NCBI RefSeq assembly: GCF_000709555.1
Contig: NZ_CP006873.1
Coordinates: 240,001 to 272,000, forward strand
Direction: 5' to 3'
Length of the DNA: 32,000 bases
DNA from: Candidatus Saccharimonadota bacterium
GTDB lineage: Bacteria > Bacteroidota > Bacteroidia > Flavobacteriales > Blattabacteriaceae
The notes below the pieces were generated by a model. It saw only the letters and a list, made by a program, of their open reading frames with translations. It was not told the origin of the DNA and searched no databases. Below, one piece after another: positions 21,590 to 31,355 of the stretch (positions are counted from its first letter, which is position 1; each line of letters opens with the position of its first letter). The position numbers and the translations under genes are program-made.

Positions 21590-24058
21590 TTATCTATTGA
21601 ATGGGTCATACTTTTTTTGAAAGATCTTGATAAGATTAAATTTTTCAATATGTTTTAATAATTGTTTAGCACGACTAATAACCATATTTGGCATTCCAGA
21701 CATCTTTGCTACATAAATTCCCAAACTGTGTGTACTATTTCCGGGTAATAGTTGATACATAAAAATAATTTTTTCATCTAGTTCTTTGACCAAAATAGTA
21801 TAATTCTTTATTCTTTGGAAATAAACAGACATTTCATTAAGTTCTGGATAATGTGTAGCAAATAATGTTTTAGGACGAGTTGAGTGTTTGTAAAGGTATT
21901 CAATTACCGACCAAGCTAAAGAAATTCCATCAGAATTGCTTGTCCCTCTTCCTACTTCATCAAGTATTATCAAACTACGTTTTGAGAGATTATTTAAAAT
22001 CTTAGCTGTTTCATTCATCTCCACCATGAAAGTAGATTCCCCTAACGATAGATTATCATAAGCCCCAACACGGCTGAATATTTTATCCACCAATCCTAAT
22101 TGTGCACGTTTTGCAGGAACATAACTTCCAATTTGAGCCATAAGTACAATCAAAGCGGTTTGTCGTAAAAAAGCAGACTTTCCAGACATATTTGGTCCGG
22201 TGATAATAAAAATTTGAGAATATGCAGAATTTAACGATAAATCATTTGGAATATAAGATACTCCTATTGGAAGATGTTTTTCTATAACTGGATGTCTTCC
22301 TTTCTCTATAAAAATATTTTTACTCCTATCCATAACGGGACGAACATAATTGGATTCTTGAGAATTCTTAGTAAAAGATAATATAACGTCTAAATATGCT
22401 ATAAGTTTAGAGGCCTTTTGTAGAGATTCAATATACTCTCCAACAAAAGCAACTAATTCTTGAAATAAATTTTTTTCCAGAGTTATAATTTTTTCTTCAG
22501 CTCCCAAAATCCGCATTTCATATTCATGAAGTTCTTCAGTAATATACCGTTCAGAATTGGATAATGTTTGTTTTCTTATCCAATTTTTGGGAATATTATT
22601 TTTATGAATATTTCGTATTTCTATATAAAATCCAAAAATTTTGTTAAAAGAAATTTTTAAACTTTGAATTCCCGTCCGAATTCTTTCACGTTTACAAATC
22701 TGATGTAAATAATCTTTCCCAGAAGAAACCAAATAACGTAATTCGTCAAGTTCTTTTGAAAAAAATTCTGCAATAATATTTCCTTTTCCAATTTGTTGAG
22801 GAGGATCTTCATGTAAAGCTTTAGATATATGGTTATATAAGATCCTAAAATTAGGAAAAGATTTTCCTATTTCTTTTAAAAGATTATTCTGATAAGTCGA
22901 TAAAATTTTTTTTATAGTATCAAAACTATCAAGAGATAAACATAAATTCATTAATTCACGAGGATTAATTTTTTCGGTAGATACTTTTGAGATCAGACGT
23001 TCTATATCATTAAGAGAACAAAAAATCTCAATTAGTTTAGAACTTAAGTCAGGAAACATTATAAATGTTTCTAATAAATCGTGACGAGACTGAATTGCAG
23101 ATAATTCTTTCAGAGGGAACATCATCCATCTTTTTAATAATCTGGCTCCCATGGGAGTCAGTGTACGATTCAGCACATCAAAAAGAGATATTCCATTAGG
23201 GTTATTTGAATGAAATATTTCAAGACTTCGAACAGTAAAATCATCCAACCACACGTATTGTTCTTCATCTATTCGACTTATTGATGACAGATGACTAATT
23301 TTAGTATTATGTGTAATTTCAAGATAAAATAATGCTGCTCCTGCTGCAATAATAGCATTCTTGAGATGTTCTATTCCAAATCCTTTCAGAGAATGAGTTT
23401 TAAAGTGCTGAATGAGTTTTTCATAAGCAGATGAATATTTAAACGCCCATTCTTCCATCGAAGAGGTAAAATATTCTTTTTTTATAAATTTTTCAAATTC
23501 GTATTTTTTATTTTTTTGATAAATAATTTCACTAGGTGAAAAACGATGAATAATTTGATAAATAGATTGAAGATTATTCTCTGTAACGAGAAATTCTCCA
23601 GTAGAAATATCTAGAATTGCTAACCCAGCAGTTTCATTATTAAAATGAATTACAGCTAGAAAATTATTAGAACATTTTGGTAAAATCCCATCATTTAAAA
23701 CTACACCAGGCGTTATCAGACTAATTACTCCTCTTTTTACAAGTTTTTTAGTTGTTTTAGGGTCTTTAGGGTCTTCTATTTGATCACAAATTGCTACACG
23801 AAAACCAGCTAGTACAAGTTTTGGTAAATAGTTATCTAGTGCATGATAAGGAAATCCAGCAAGTTTTGTTTCAGATGATGAACCCTTAAAACGTTTTGTG
23901 AGAACAATATTCAGTGTTTTAGAACACTTAATAGCATCCTCATCAAAAGTTTCATAAAAATCTCCGACCCGAAATAATAATAATGCATCTGGATATAATG
24001 ATTTGATTTCAGTATATTGCCTCATTAGAGGCGTATTTTTTAATTCTATGGAATTCAA
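21590..24058 (-). CDS. mutS: DNA mismatch repair protein MutS
   Basis: 822-aa ORF with TPLMRQY..FRVGDFYETF (mismatch-binding Phe-X-Glu), Walker A GPNMSGKS, and DEVGRGTS. It appears intact. Confidence 0.95.
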   Translation of the reverse strand: MNSIELKNTPLMRQYTEIKSLYPDALLLFRVGDFYETFDEDAIKCSKTLNIVLTKRFKGSSSETKLAGFPYHALDNYLPKLVLAGFRVAICDQIEDPKDPKTTKKLVKRGVISLITPGVVLNDGILPKCSNNFLAVIHFNNETAGLAILDISTGEFLVTENNLQSIYQIIHRFSPSEIIYQKNKKYEFEKFIKKEYFTSSMEEWAFKYSSAYEKLIQHFKTHSLKGFGIEHLKNAIIAAGAALFYLEITHNTKISHLSSISRIDEEQYVWLDDFTVRSLEIFHSNNPNGISLFDVLNRTLTPMGARLLKRWMMFPLKELSAIQSRHDLLETFIMFPDLSSKLIEIFCSLNDIERLISKVSTEKINPRELMNLCLSLDSFDTIKKILSTYQNNLLKEIGKSFPNFRILYNHISKALHEDPPQQIGKGNIIAEFFSKELDELRYLVSSGKDYLHQICKRERIRTGIQSLKISFNKIFGFYIEIRNIHKNNIPKNWIRKQTLSNSERYITEELHEYEMRILGAEEKIITLEKNLFQELVAFVGEYIESLQKASKLIAYLDVILSFTKNSQESNYVRPVMDRSKNIFIEKGRHPVIEKHLPIGVSYIPNDLSLNSAYSQIFIITGPNMSGKSAFLRQTALIVLMAQIGSYVPAKRAQLGLVDKIFSRVGAYDNLSLGESTFMVEMNETAKILNNLSKRSLIILDEVGRGTSNSDGISLAWSVIEYLYKHSTRPKTLFATHYPELNEMSVYFQRIKNYTILVKELDEKIIFMYQLLPGNSTHSLGIYVAKMSGMPNMVISRAKQLLKHIEKFNLIKIFQKKYDPFNR

Positions 24059-24079
24059 TGTCTGAGTATTAAAACTGAA

Positions 24080-25288
24080 TTATGAAGCTTTATAATTATA
24101 ATTATTTAATTTATTTTCTACCATTTTGCCATCGATTTTTAAAATACTTTTATTTTTTTTTATATCAAACATAAAATCATTGAAAACCTTTTCACAAATT
24201 GTTCGTAACCCTCTTGCTCCCACCCCAGTACTTAGCGATTGGGTTACAATTTTGTCAATGGCCTCTTTAGTAAGAATTAAAGAAACATTATCCATCTCAA
24301 AGAGTTTTTGATACTGTTTAAGTAAAGCATTTTTAGGTTCAGTCATAATTCTATAAAGTGCGTGTGTATCCAAAGGATGCATGTAGGTTATCACTGGAAA
24401 TCTCCCAGTGAGTTCAGGAATAAGTCCAAAGTTTCTTACATCTGTAGCATTAAGATGTTGTAAAATTTCATTGTGTTCTATACTAGAACGGGTAGGATTT
24501 TTATATCCTATAGATGAAAAATTCAATCGACTGGTAATAAGTCTATCAATACCTTCAAAAGATCCTCCAGCAATAAACAAAATATTTGTTGTATCTATAG
24601 GGATCATTTTCTGATCAGGATGTTTCCTCCCACCGTGAGGAGGAACATTGACCACGGATCCTTCTAATATTTTTAGAAAAGCTTGCTGCACTCCTTCTCC
24701 AGAAACATCTCGTGTAATAGAAGGATTATCTCCCTTTCTCGCAATTTTATCTATTTCATCAATAAATACTATACCCCGTTCTGCTGCTGTAATGTTGTAA
24801 TCAGCTGCTTGTAGCAATCTCGTCAATATACTTTCCACATCTTCTCCAACATATCCTGCTTCAGTGAGAATTGTAGCATCTACGATAGTAAAAGGGACAT
24901 TCAAAAAACGTGAAATGCTACGTGCCATAAGAGTTTTACCAGTTCCAGTTTGACCAATAATAAGAACGTTTGATTTTTCTATTTCTATTTCATTATGTTT
25001 ATCTAAGATGTCATGTGTTAACCTTTTATAGTGATTATAAACTGCTACCGAAATAATTTTTTTAGCTTCTTCTTGACAAATAATATATTGATCTAAAAAC
25101 TGTTTTAGGTCCTTTGGACTACTAATATTAGAGCCTACAGAAGAAATCTCTTCTTTTTTTTTAGAAATTTTTTTGTTAATTATATGGTGAGCTTGTTCTA
25201 TGCAATTAACACATATATTCCCATATAATCCGGTTAAAAATAATACGGGATTGTTTTTTTTACATCCACAGAACATACACTTTTCCAT
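24080..25288 (-). CDS. clpX: ATP-dependent Clp protease ATP-binding subunit ClpX
   Basis: 402-aa ORF with an N-terminal Cys-cluster zinc finger (CMFCGC...CVNC), Walker A GQTGTGKT, and IVFIDEIDK. Confidence 0.95.
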   Translation of the reverse strand: MEKCMFCGCKKNNPVLFLTGLYGNICVNCIEQAHHIINKKISKKKEEISSVGSNISSPKDLKQFLDQYIICQEEAKKIISVAVYNHYKRLTHDILDKHNEIEIEKSNVLIIGQTGTGKTLMARSISRFLNVPFTIVDATILTEAGYVGEDVESILTRLLQAADYNITAAERGIVFIDEIDKIARKGDNPSITRDVSGEGVQQAFLKILEGSVVNVPPHGGRKHPDQKMIPIDTTNILFIAGGSFEGIDRLITSRLNFSSIGYKNPTRSSIEHNEILQHLNATDVRNFGLIPELTGRFPVITYMHPLDTHALYRIMTEPKNALLKQYQKLFEMDNVSLILTKEAIDKIVTQSLSTGVGARGLRTICEKVFNDFMFDIKKNKSILKIDGKMVENKLNNYNYKAS

Positions 25289-25293
25289 CAGAT

Positions 25294-25971
25294 TTAAGTG
25301 ATTTTGGTTTCAGGTTTTCTATATAAAACTTCATCTATCATTCCATATTTTTCAGCTTCATCAGACGTCATCCAATAATCTCTATTGGAATCATTTTCTA
25401 CTTTTTCTATAGATTGTCCTGAATGTTGAGAAATAATCTCAGAAAGTTCTTTTTTCAGTTTAATAATTTCACGGGTTGCAATTTCTATATCTGAGACCTG
25501 ACCTTGTGTTCCTCCTAATGGCTGATGAATCATAATTCTAGAATGTTTAAGACTTGCACGTTTGCCCTTAGTGCCTGCGCAAAGTAATATCGCTCCCATA
25601 GAAGCTGCTAGCCCCGTACATACAGTAGCGATATCTGGTTTCAAGATTTGCATCGTATCATAAATTCCTAATCCTGCATAAACAGTTCCACCAGGAGAGT
25701 TGATATAAATCTGTATATCCTTATAGGAATCTACTGATTGTAAAAATAAAAGTTGTGCCTGTACTATATTAGCTACGTGATCATCTATCGATGTACCAAG
25801 AAAAATTATTCGTTCCATCATTAAACGGGAAAAAACATCCATTTGGGCTACGTTTAATTTTCGTTCTTCTACGATGTAAGGAGTTATGGAACTAATATAA
25901 TTATCTAATAAGATGCTATTTATAGAGCAATGATCAATAGCATATTTTCTAAATTCTTTTTTGTCAAACAT
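25294..25971 (-). CDS. clpP: ATP-dependent Clp protease proteolytic subunit
   Basis: 225-aa ORF with ERIIFLG, INSPGG, the catalytic Ser context GLAASMGA, and MIHQPLGG. Overlaps the tig end by 8 nt. Confidence 0.95.
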   Translation of the reverse strand: MFDKKEFRKYAIDHCSINSILLDNYISSITPYIVEERKLNVAQMDVFSRLMMERIIFLGTSIDDHVANIVQAQLLFLQSVDSYKDIQIYINSPGGTVYAGLGIYDTMQILKPDIATVCTGLAASMGAILLCAGTKGKRASLKHSRIMIHQPLGGTQGQVSDIEIATREIIKLKKELSEIISQHSGQSIEKVENDSNRDYWMTSDEAEKYGMIDEVLYRKPETKIT

Positions 25972-27247
25972 CTTTTTTATTATAATCTTTAAGAAGATTG
26001 AGAAAATCTGACCAAGAAATGGTTTTATTTTTTGACCGTTCTCTGAAAACCTGTATTAAACTATTACGAAAGAGAAAATTATAAATTTTTCTTATTTGCA
26101 TTTTTTCTGCATTAATAGGATTATACCTTTTGGTATATGCTAAAGAAAATACGGATGCTTCAATATCTTCATATCGTATGTTGATTTTTAATTTCTGCGA
26201 TAATTTCTTTTCAAAGAACCGATATCGTAAATATTTTTCAAATTGGTCATATTCGGTGAAAAAATTATCTTCGGCACCTTTTTTACTTTTAGTATATTTA
26301 AGATAACGGGTTAAAAATTTCGAAGGCAAATCGAAACGTACTAGTTCAAACAACCGATAAAAAATGAAATAAAAAGAAAATTTATCAACTACTTCAGTAT
26401 AATTTTTTAATATGTGTTTTTTAAACTTTCTATTAAAATCTTCTAAAGAAGTGACTTTATTTTCTCCAAAGACTTTATAAAAAAAATCTTTATTCAAAGG
26501 AGCAGGATGAACTTTAAAGATATTTTCTATAGAAAAACGTATTGGAAAATGAGAAACTCCAAATTTGCCTATAAAATTTGACCAACTATTTTCGTCTAAA
26601 AAGAGTTCAGAAGTATTTATATCGATAATATTTCCTCTTTCTTTTTTTAGAAATTTGGACCCTGTTTTTTTAGGTAAATTTTTCAACGAAAAAGCATATT
26701 CTCTAGGAAGATTTTCTCTATTATTAGAATGAATAGCTGTTATTTTACCTTGTATATAATCTGACTCGTCTATGATTTTTTTGGGGAAAAAAAAACCACA
26801 CCGTTGTTGGAACTTCTCTAGATTATGATGTATATCTTCCTCTTTTAATTCTATATTATAATAAGGAATAGATAGGTTATTTAGGGGTGGTATGTCAAAT
26901 TGTGGAACTAGTCCTAATTCGAATTCTAAGACAAATTCTTCAGCATTTACATCAAGAATATTTTCTTTTTTAGGAAAAATGTTTCCGAGAATATGAAGTC
27001 CTTCTCTAGAGATATAATCACTAATATTTTTTTGTAACAAAAATTGGATTTCTTCGTGAACTAATTTTTTGTAAAAATGTGTTTTAATTATTTCAATAGG
27101 AACTTTCCCTTTTCTAAACCCCGGAAATTGTGCTTTTTTATGATATCCTTTAAGTCTGTTTTCGATTTTATCTTTAAAAGCTGATTTATTAAATGATACG
27201 GTTAATATAATATTAAGTTCATCCAATTGTTTGCGTGTAATATTCAT
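25964..27247 (-). CDS. tig: Trigger factor
   Basis: 427-aa ORF. The N-terminal ribosome-binding signature GFRKGKVP lies within FPGFRKGKVPIEII. The tig-clpP-clpX gene order is conserved. Confidence 0.88.
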   Translation of the reverse strand: MNITRKQLDELNIILTVSFNKSAFKDKIENRLKGYHKKAQFPGFRKGKVPIEIIKTHFYKKLVHEEIQFLLQKNISDYISREGLHILGNIFPKKENILDVNAEEFVLEFELGLVPQFDIPPLNNLSIPYYNIELKEEDIHHNLEKFQQRCGFFFPKKIIDESDYIQGKITAIHSNNRENLPREYAFSLKNLPKKTGSKFLKKERGNIIDINTSELFLDENSWSNFIGKFGVSHFPIRFSIENIFKVHPAPLNKDFFYKVFGENKVTSLEDFNRKFKKHILKNYTEVVDKFSFYFIFYRLFELVRFDLPSKFLTRYLKYTKSKKGAEDNFFTEYDQFEKYLRYRFFEKKLSQKLKINIRYEDIEASVFSLAYTKRYNPINAEKMQIRKIYNFLFRNSLIQVFRERSKNKTISWSDFLNLLKDYNKKDV

Positions 27248-28311
27248 GACATATTGTTTCTAATAAAAAATATATTGGAATCCCCACGTATAATTAAAAG
27301 GAATGTAAAGAGATATATATATGAAAAAAACTAATTTTTTTGCAAAAGTTCTATAATTTTAAAAATCTTGCGTATCAAATTCTTTGGAAAGAGTATTGTT
27401 TATAGCATAGGAATTGTGCTTCCTAAGATAATTCATTACAGTTTTATCAAAATTTTTACAAGATAAAAAATCCTTTTCTCTATATATAGAGAAGTCTGCC
27501 ATATCTGTTTTTTTGATCAATATTCTGACTTTCGGTATTGATAACTCTTATTTTCGGTTTTTAACATCCCGATCAACAGCAACTTTTCTCAAGCAGTATG
27601 ATAAGTTTTTTAAGTATATTATTTTTTTTAAAAGATATTGCCAATATAACAGGTTATTCCAATCATAAAGAATACTTTCTAATTTTTTTTTATCTTATTT
27701 GCAGCTTCCCAATGATATGGTTTGCGTGCGAATGGAAAAGCCTTTTATTATACTTTTATACGAATTCTTAACAAGTATTTGTGATTTTTTTGTTACTTAT
27801 TTTAAATCCAGAACCCCAAAACAGATTTGTTCTCCCATTTTATAAAAAATTACACGGATACATCTTTTTTTTCTAATCTGATGTCAGAAGTTTTTTATGT
27901 GTTTCTCTGTAGTAATATAAATTGTATTAGTAGTTTTCTGTTTATTGGTATATATCTCAATCTATCTTATAAAATAACAGAACAACCTTTTGTTGGTACC
28001 TATATTTCTATAATCGGAACCTGAATTATTATTTTATCAAATTTGTTCTTAAAAAGACCTGGGGTTGTATTTATAGCATCAGCATGGTTGCTTATGGAAG
28101 CATGATGTTGATTTCTTATTGGTGGGTACAGAAATATTATAGAATAAAATCCCCCTTAGGACGCATGTGTGTACACATTATATTAGGTCTTTTAGTAGCG
28201 TTAAAAGAAAAATATAATTTCTATAACGTGATAATATGATTTTTATTGTCGAAAAATATGTTAAATTCTGGATGAAGAAATTAAAAATCCTAACCGTTAA
28301 CCTTAATCATA

Positions 28312-28542
28312 ATGAAGAATATTACATCAATGTTTTTAGCCAATTTTGGTACTAGTCAATTAATTGTTATCGTTATCCTGGCTCTTCTTTTATTTGGAGG
28401 AAAAAAAGTTCCCGAACTTATGAAAGGTCTTGGGACAGGATTGAGAGAATTTAAAAAAGCTGCTCAGGGTGATGACTATGAAGAAAAAAAAAGAAATGAA
28501 CACTATAAATATAAAGAAGAAAAGAAGGATCCGACGTTCTGA
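28312..28542 (+). CDS. tatA: Twin-arginine translocase subunit TatA/E family
   Basis: 76-aa ORF with one N-terminal TM helix followed by the amphipathic signature LLLFGGKKVPELMKGLGTGLREFKKA. The start could be the internal Met at codon 7. Confidence 0.85.
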   Translation: MKNITSMFLANFGTSQLIVIVILALLLFGGKKVPELMKGLGTGLREFKKAAQGDDYEEKKRNEHYKYKEEKKDPTF

Positions 28543-28549
28543 TGGAAAA

Positions 28550-28879
28550 TCAATCGTCAAAATATAAGTCTAAACATTCCTTAAGGATTTTTAATTGAGG
28601 ATATTTTTTTATTAAAGAATAAAATTTGTTTTCCCCAGAAGTTATTTGTTTTTGATGATGTATAATCCGAGTTTCAAACTTAATATTTTTCAAGATCAAT
28701 TTATGTATCGATGAAAATTTCATCATTTCTTCTTTTGAAGAAAAATATAAAATTACTAGGGAATCAGAAACAAATTCATATTTTATGGTTCTGATTAGCA
28801 AAAAATGATTTAATGTCATAAATTTTTCCCAAGACGTTTTTTCCTTCTCGGGCAGAAGATTCAAAAGTTTGATCATCAA
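28550..28879 (-). CDS. Hypothetical 109-aa protein, possibly the detached C-terminal (tau-like) region of DnaX
   Basis: The ORF begins (TTG 28879 or ATG 28876) only 8-11 nt after the dnaX stop, in a different frame. Its sequence pattern (W near the N-terminus, alternating hydrophobic strands, ...YPQLKILKECLDLYF at the end) resembles my recollection of Bacteroidetes DnaX C-termini. Not verified. Confidence 0.4.
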   Translation of the reverse strand: MMIKLLNLLPEKEKTSWEKFMTLNHFLLIRTIKYEFVSDSLVILYFSSKEEMMKFSSIHKLILKNIKFETRIIHHQKQITSGENKFYSLIKKYPQLKILKECLDLYFDD

Positions 28880-28887
28880 TAATTTCT

Positions 28888-29961
28888 TTAATTACAGGGA
28901 TTGTTAGTATCCTTTAGGGAAGATAATTTAATTAAAGAAATTTCTATAGAAAGACGAGGATTCCGACTTAATTTAGAATCTATATAAGCCAGGTGACAAA
29001 TCTGTATTGCTTCTATTAAAAAATCTTTAGAAACGATTGATGCCTGTTGAATATACTTTTCTTTAAGTGATTCAACAACTTCCATTAAGGAAAGTCCATC
29101 TGAGTTTTTGGCCAATATAAGATATTTAAAATGTTGAGCCAATCCTTCTATAAAGAATTTTTCATCAAATCCGTTCTGTAGTATTTCATGAAAAAGTAAT
29201 AGAATTCCTGTAATATTATTGGAAAGCATAAAATCCACTGATTTAAAATAATATTCTTGATCAAGAATCCCCAATTGATCTCTTATTAAAGTTGTAGTTA
29301 ATTGCTTTCCTGAAAAGGATATAAGTCTATCAAATATGGATAGTGCATCCCGTAAAGAGCCATCTGCTTGTTGTGCAATCATATACAAAGACTCAATGTC
29401 GGTTTTAATTCCTTCTAACGAAGCAATTTGGTTTAGTTTTTTATAAATATTTTCTAAAGAAATCCTTCTAAAATCGTAAATTTGACACCTAGAAAGAATA
29501 GTAGGCAATATTTTATGTTTTTCAGTAGTAGAAAGTATAAAAATCGCATGTTCAGGAGGTTCTTCTAAAGTTTTTAAAAAAGCGTTGAAGGCTGCTTGAG
29601 ATAGCATATGAACTTCATCTATGATATATACTTTATATTTTCCAAGCTGAGGAGGAAAACGTAACTTATCTATTAAATTTCTGATATCATCTACTGAATT
29701 GTTAGAAGCAGCATCTAACTCAAAAACATTAAAATTATTTTCTAATATTTCTTTCTTGTGAGAAAGAATATTTACATTTCTAGCCAATATCCGAGCGCAA
29801 GTAGTCTTTCCCACTCCTTTAGGACCACAAAATAAAAACGCATGAGCTAAACGATTATTCGTTATAGCTCTCTCAAGCGTCTCAGTAACGGCTTTTTGTC
29901 CTACTACATCTTTAAAATCTTTAGGCCGATACTTTATAGCTGAAACAATATAGGCTGGCAT
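28888..29961 (-). CDS. dnaX: DNA polymerase III subunit gamma/tau (clamp-loader ATPase, domains I-III only)
   Basis: 357-aa ORF with KYRPKDFKDVVGQ, Walker A GPKGVGKTT, IIDEVHML, and SRC in ILSRCQ. Confidence 0.9.
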   Translation of the reverse strand: MPAYIVSAIKYRPKDFKDVVGQKAVTETLERAITNNRLAHAFLFCGPKGVGKTTCARILARNVNILSHKKEILENNFNVFELDAASNNSVDDIRNLIDKLRFPPQLGKYKVYIIDEVHMLSQAAFNAFLKTLEEPPEHAIFILSTTEKHKILPTILSRCQIYDFRRISLENIYKKLNQIASLEGIKTDIESLYMIAQQADGSLRDALSIFDRLISFSGKQLTTTLIRDQLGILDQEYYFKSVDFMLSNNITGILLLFHEILQNGFDEKFFIEGLAQHFKYLILAKNSDGLSLMEVVESLKEKYIQQASIVSKDFLIEAIQICHLAYIDSKLSRNPRLSIEISLIKLSSLKDTNNPCN

Positions 29962-29963
29962 AA

Positions 29964-31157
29964 TTAAATTAATATTTCTTTAATTTTAGCAGCAGCTTCT
30001 TTCAGTGTAACAACGTAGTGCACGCATAATCTACTCTGATCTATCATCTTTTTAGCTTCTTTAGCATTAGTTCCTTGTAACCGTACAATCAAAGGGACAT
30101 GTATTCCTCCTTCTATAATTTGATTGGCAGCTATGATACCTTGGGCAATGGTATCACAACGGACAATCCCTCCGAAAATATTAATGAATATAGCTGAAAT
30201 GGTCTTATCTTTCAATAAAATACAAACAGCTTTTTCGACTCGATGTGCATCTACGGTTCCTCCTACATCAAGAAAATTAGCGGGACTTACCCCAGACAAT
30301 TTAATCAGATCCATAGTCGCCATAGCTAAACCTGCCCCATTAACAATACAGCCAACATTACTATCAAGTTTTACAAAATTCAACCCTGCTTTCGCGGCCT
30401 CCACTTCATAAGGATCTTCCTCATCTATATCACGCAGAGCAGCATAGTCAGGATGTCTATAAAGAGCATTATCATCTATAACGACTTTAGTATCAACAGC
30501 TATAATCTTATTATCAGAAGTTTTTAATAATGGATTAATCTCAATCATGGAAGCGTCTGATGCAACATAAGCCTTATAAAGCGTTTTTATAAAAATGATG
30601 AATTCTTTGAATACCTGGGTAGGTAATTTCATATTAAAAGCTATCTTTTTCGCTTGAAAGTCAAATATCCCAAAGTACGGGTCTATCTCTTCTATCAAAA
30701 TTTGTTCCTGTGATTCTTTAGCTATTTGTTCAATATCTACACCTCCTTCTTGAGAATACATGATTATATTTTTTTCTTTATTTCGGTCTATGAGTATAGA
30801 TATATAGTATTCTTTAATCTCACTTTTCCCTTTATAATAAACATCTTGTCCTATCATTACACGATGTACTAGTTTTCCTTCCTTCGGTGTTTGAGGTGTA
30901 ATCAAACGCATCCCTATAATTTTTGAGGATATTTCATAGACCTCTTTCAGAGATTTCGCCATTTTTATACCTCCTCCTTTTCCACGTCCTCCAGCATGTA
31001 TTTGCGCTTTGACTATCCAAATATTGGACCCGGTGGTTTTAGTTATTTTTTTTGCCATAGTTATGGCTTCATATGGTGTTCGTGCTACCTTCCCCAATGG
31101 AACCTTTATTCCAAAAGAGTGAAGTATGTTCTTTCCTTGATATTCATGTAAATTCAT
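29964..31157 (-). CDS. sucC: Succinyl-CoA synthetase beta subunit
   Basis: 397-aa ORF. The MNLHEYQGKNIL N-terminus, ATP-grasp pattern, and GGIVRCD / NIFGGI motifs are present. Confidence 0.95.
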   Translation of the reverse strand: MNLHEYQGKNILHSFGIKVPLGKVARTPYEAITMAKKITKTTGSNIWIVKAQIHAGGRGKGGGIKMAKSLKEVYEISSKIIGMRLITPQTPKEGKLVHRVMIGQDVYYKGKSEIKEYYISILIDRNKEKNIIMYSQEGGVDIEQIAKESQEQILIEEIDPYFGIFDFQAKKIAFNMKLPTQVFKEFIIFIKTLYKAYVASDASMIEINPLLKTSDNKIIAVDTKVVIDDNALYRHPDYAALRDIDEEDPYEVEAAKAGLNFVKLDSNVGCIVNGAGLAMATMDLIKLSGVSPANFLDVGGTVDAHRVEKAVCILLKDKTISAIFINIFGGIVRCDTIAQGIIAANQIIEGGIHVPLIVRLQGTNAKEAKKMIDQSRLCVHYVVTLKEAAAKIKEILI

Positions 31158-31355
31158 AAGACTTTATTATGAATGATGAGTTAATAAAAAGATTTTTCAA
31201 TCCGCGCTTTATGATTATAAAATTAAGTCGGGGGCAATTTCCTTCCGTGATAACGAGGATACGGCCTTGCGTAAAAAATAATAATAATTTGTCTCTATAT
31301 TTTCCTGTTACCTAAACCCTGATATATTTATCTATTTTTAATAGATAAAAAATTT

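Noticed and set aside
27827-28024. 65-aa ORF in the tig-tatA gap
   Set aside because: It has low-complexity hydrophobic sequence with no recognisable family and no convincing start context. It is treated as part of the unexplained, probably decayed, region rather than as a gene.
31225-31275. Possible SRP (4.5S/ffs) RNA on the minus strand, because of a CGGAAGGAA motif
   Set aside because: The residues flanking the GGAA tetraloop do not pair (A-G and C-A mismatches), and no closing 5'/3' helix could be built. It is kept only as a low-interest GC-island observation.
31327-31349. Perfect inverted repeat tttatctatt-ttt-aatagataaa 6 nt upstream of the asd start codon (possible regulatory hairpin)
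   Set aside because: It is entirely A/T, so the stem would have low stability, and such palindromes arise easily by chance in AT-rich spacers. There is no supporting motif for a known riboswitch or attenuator.
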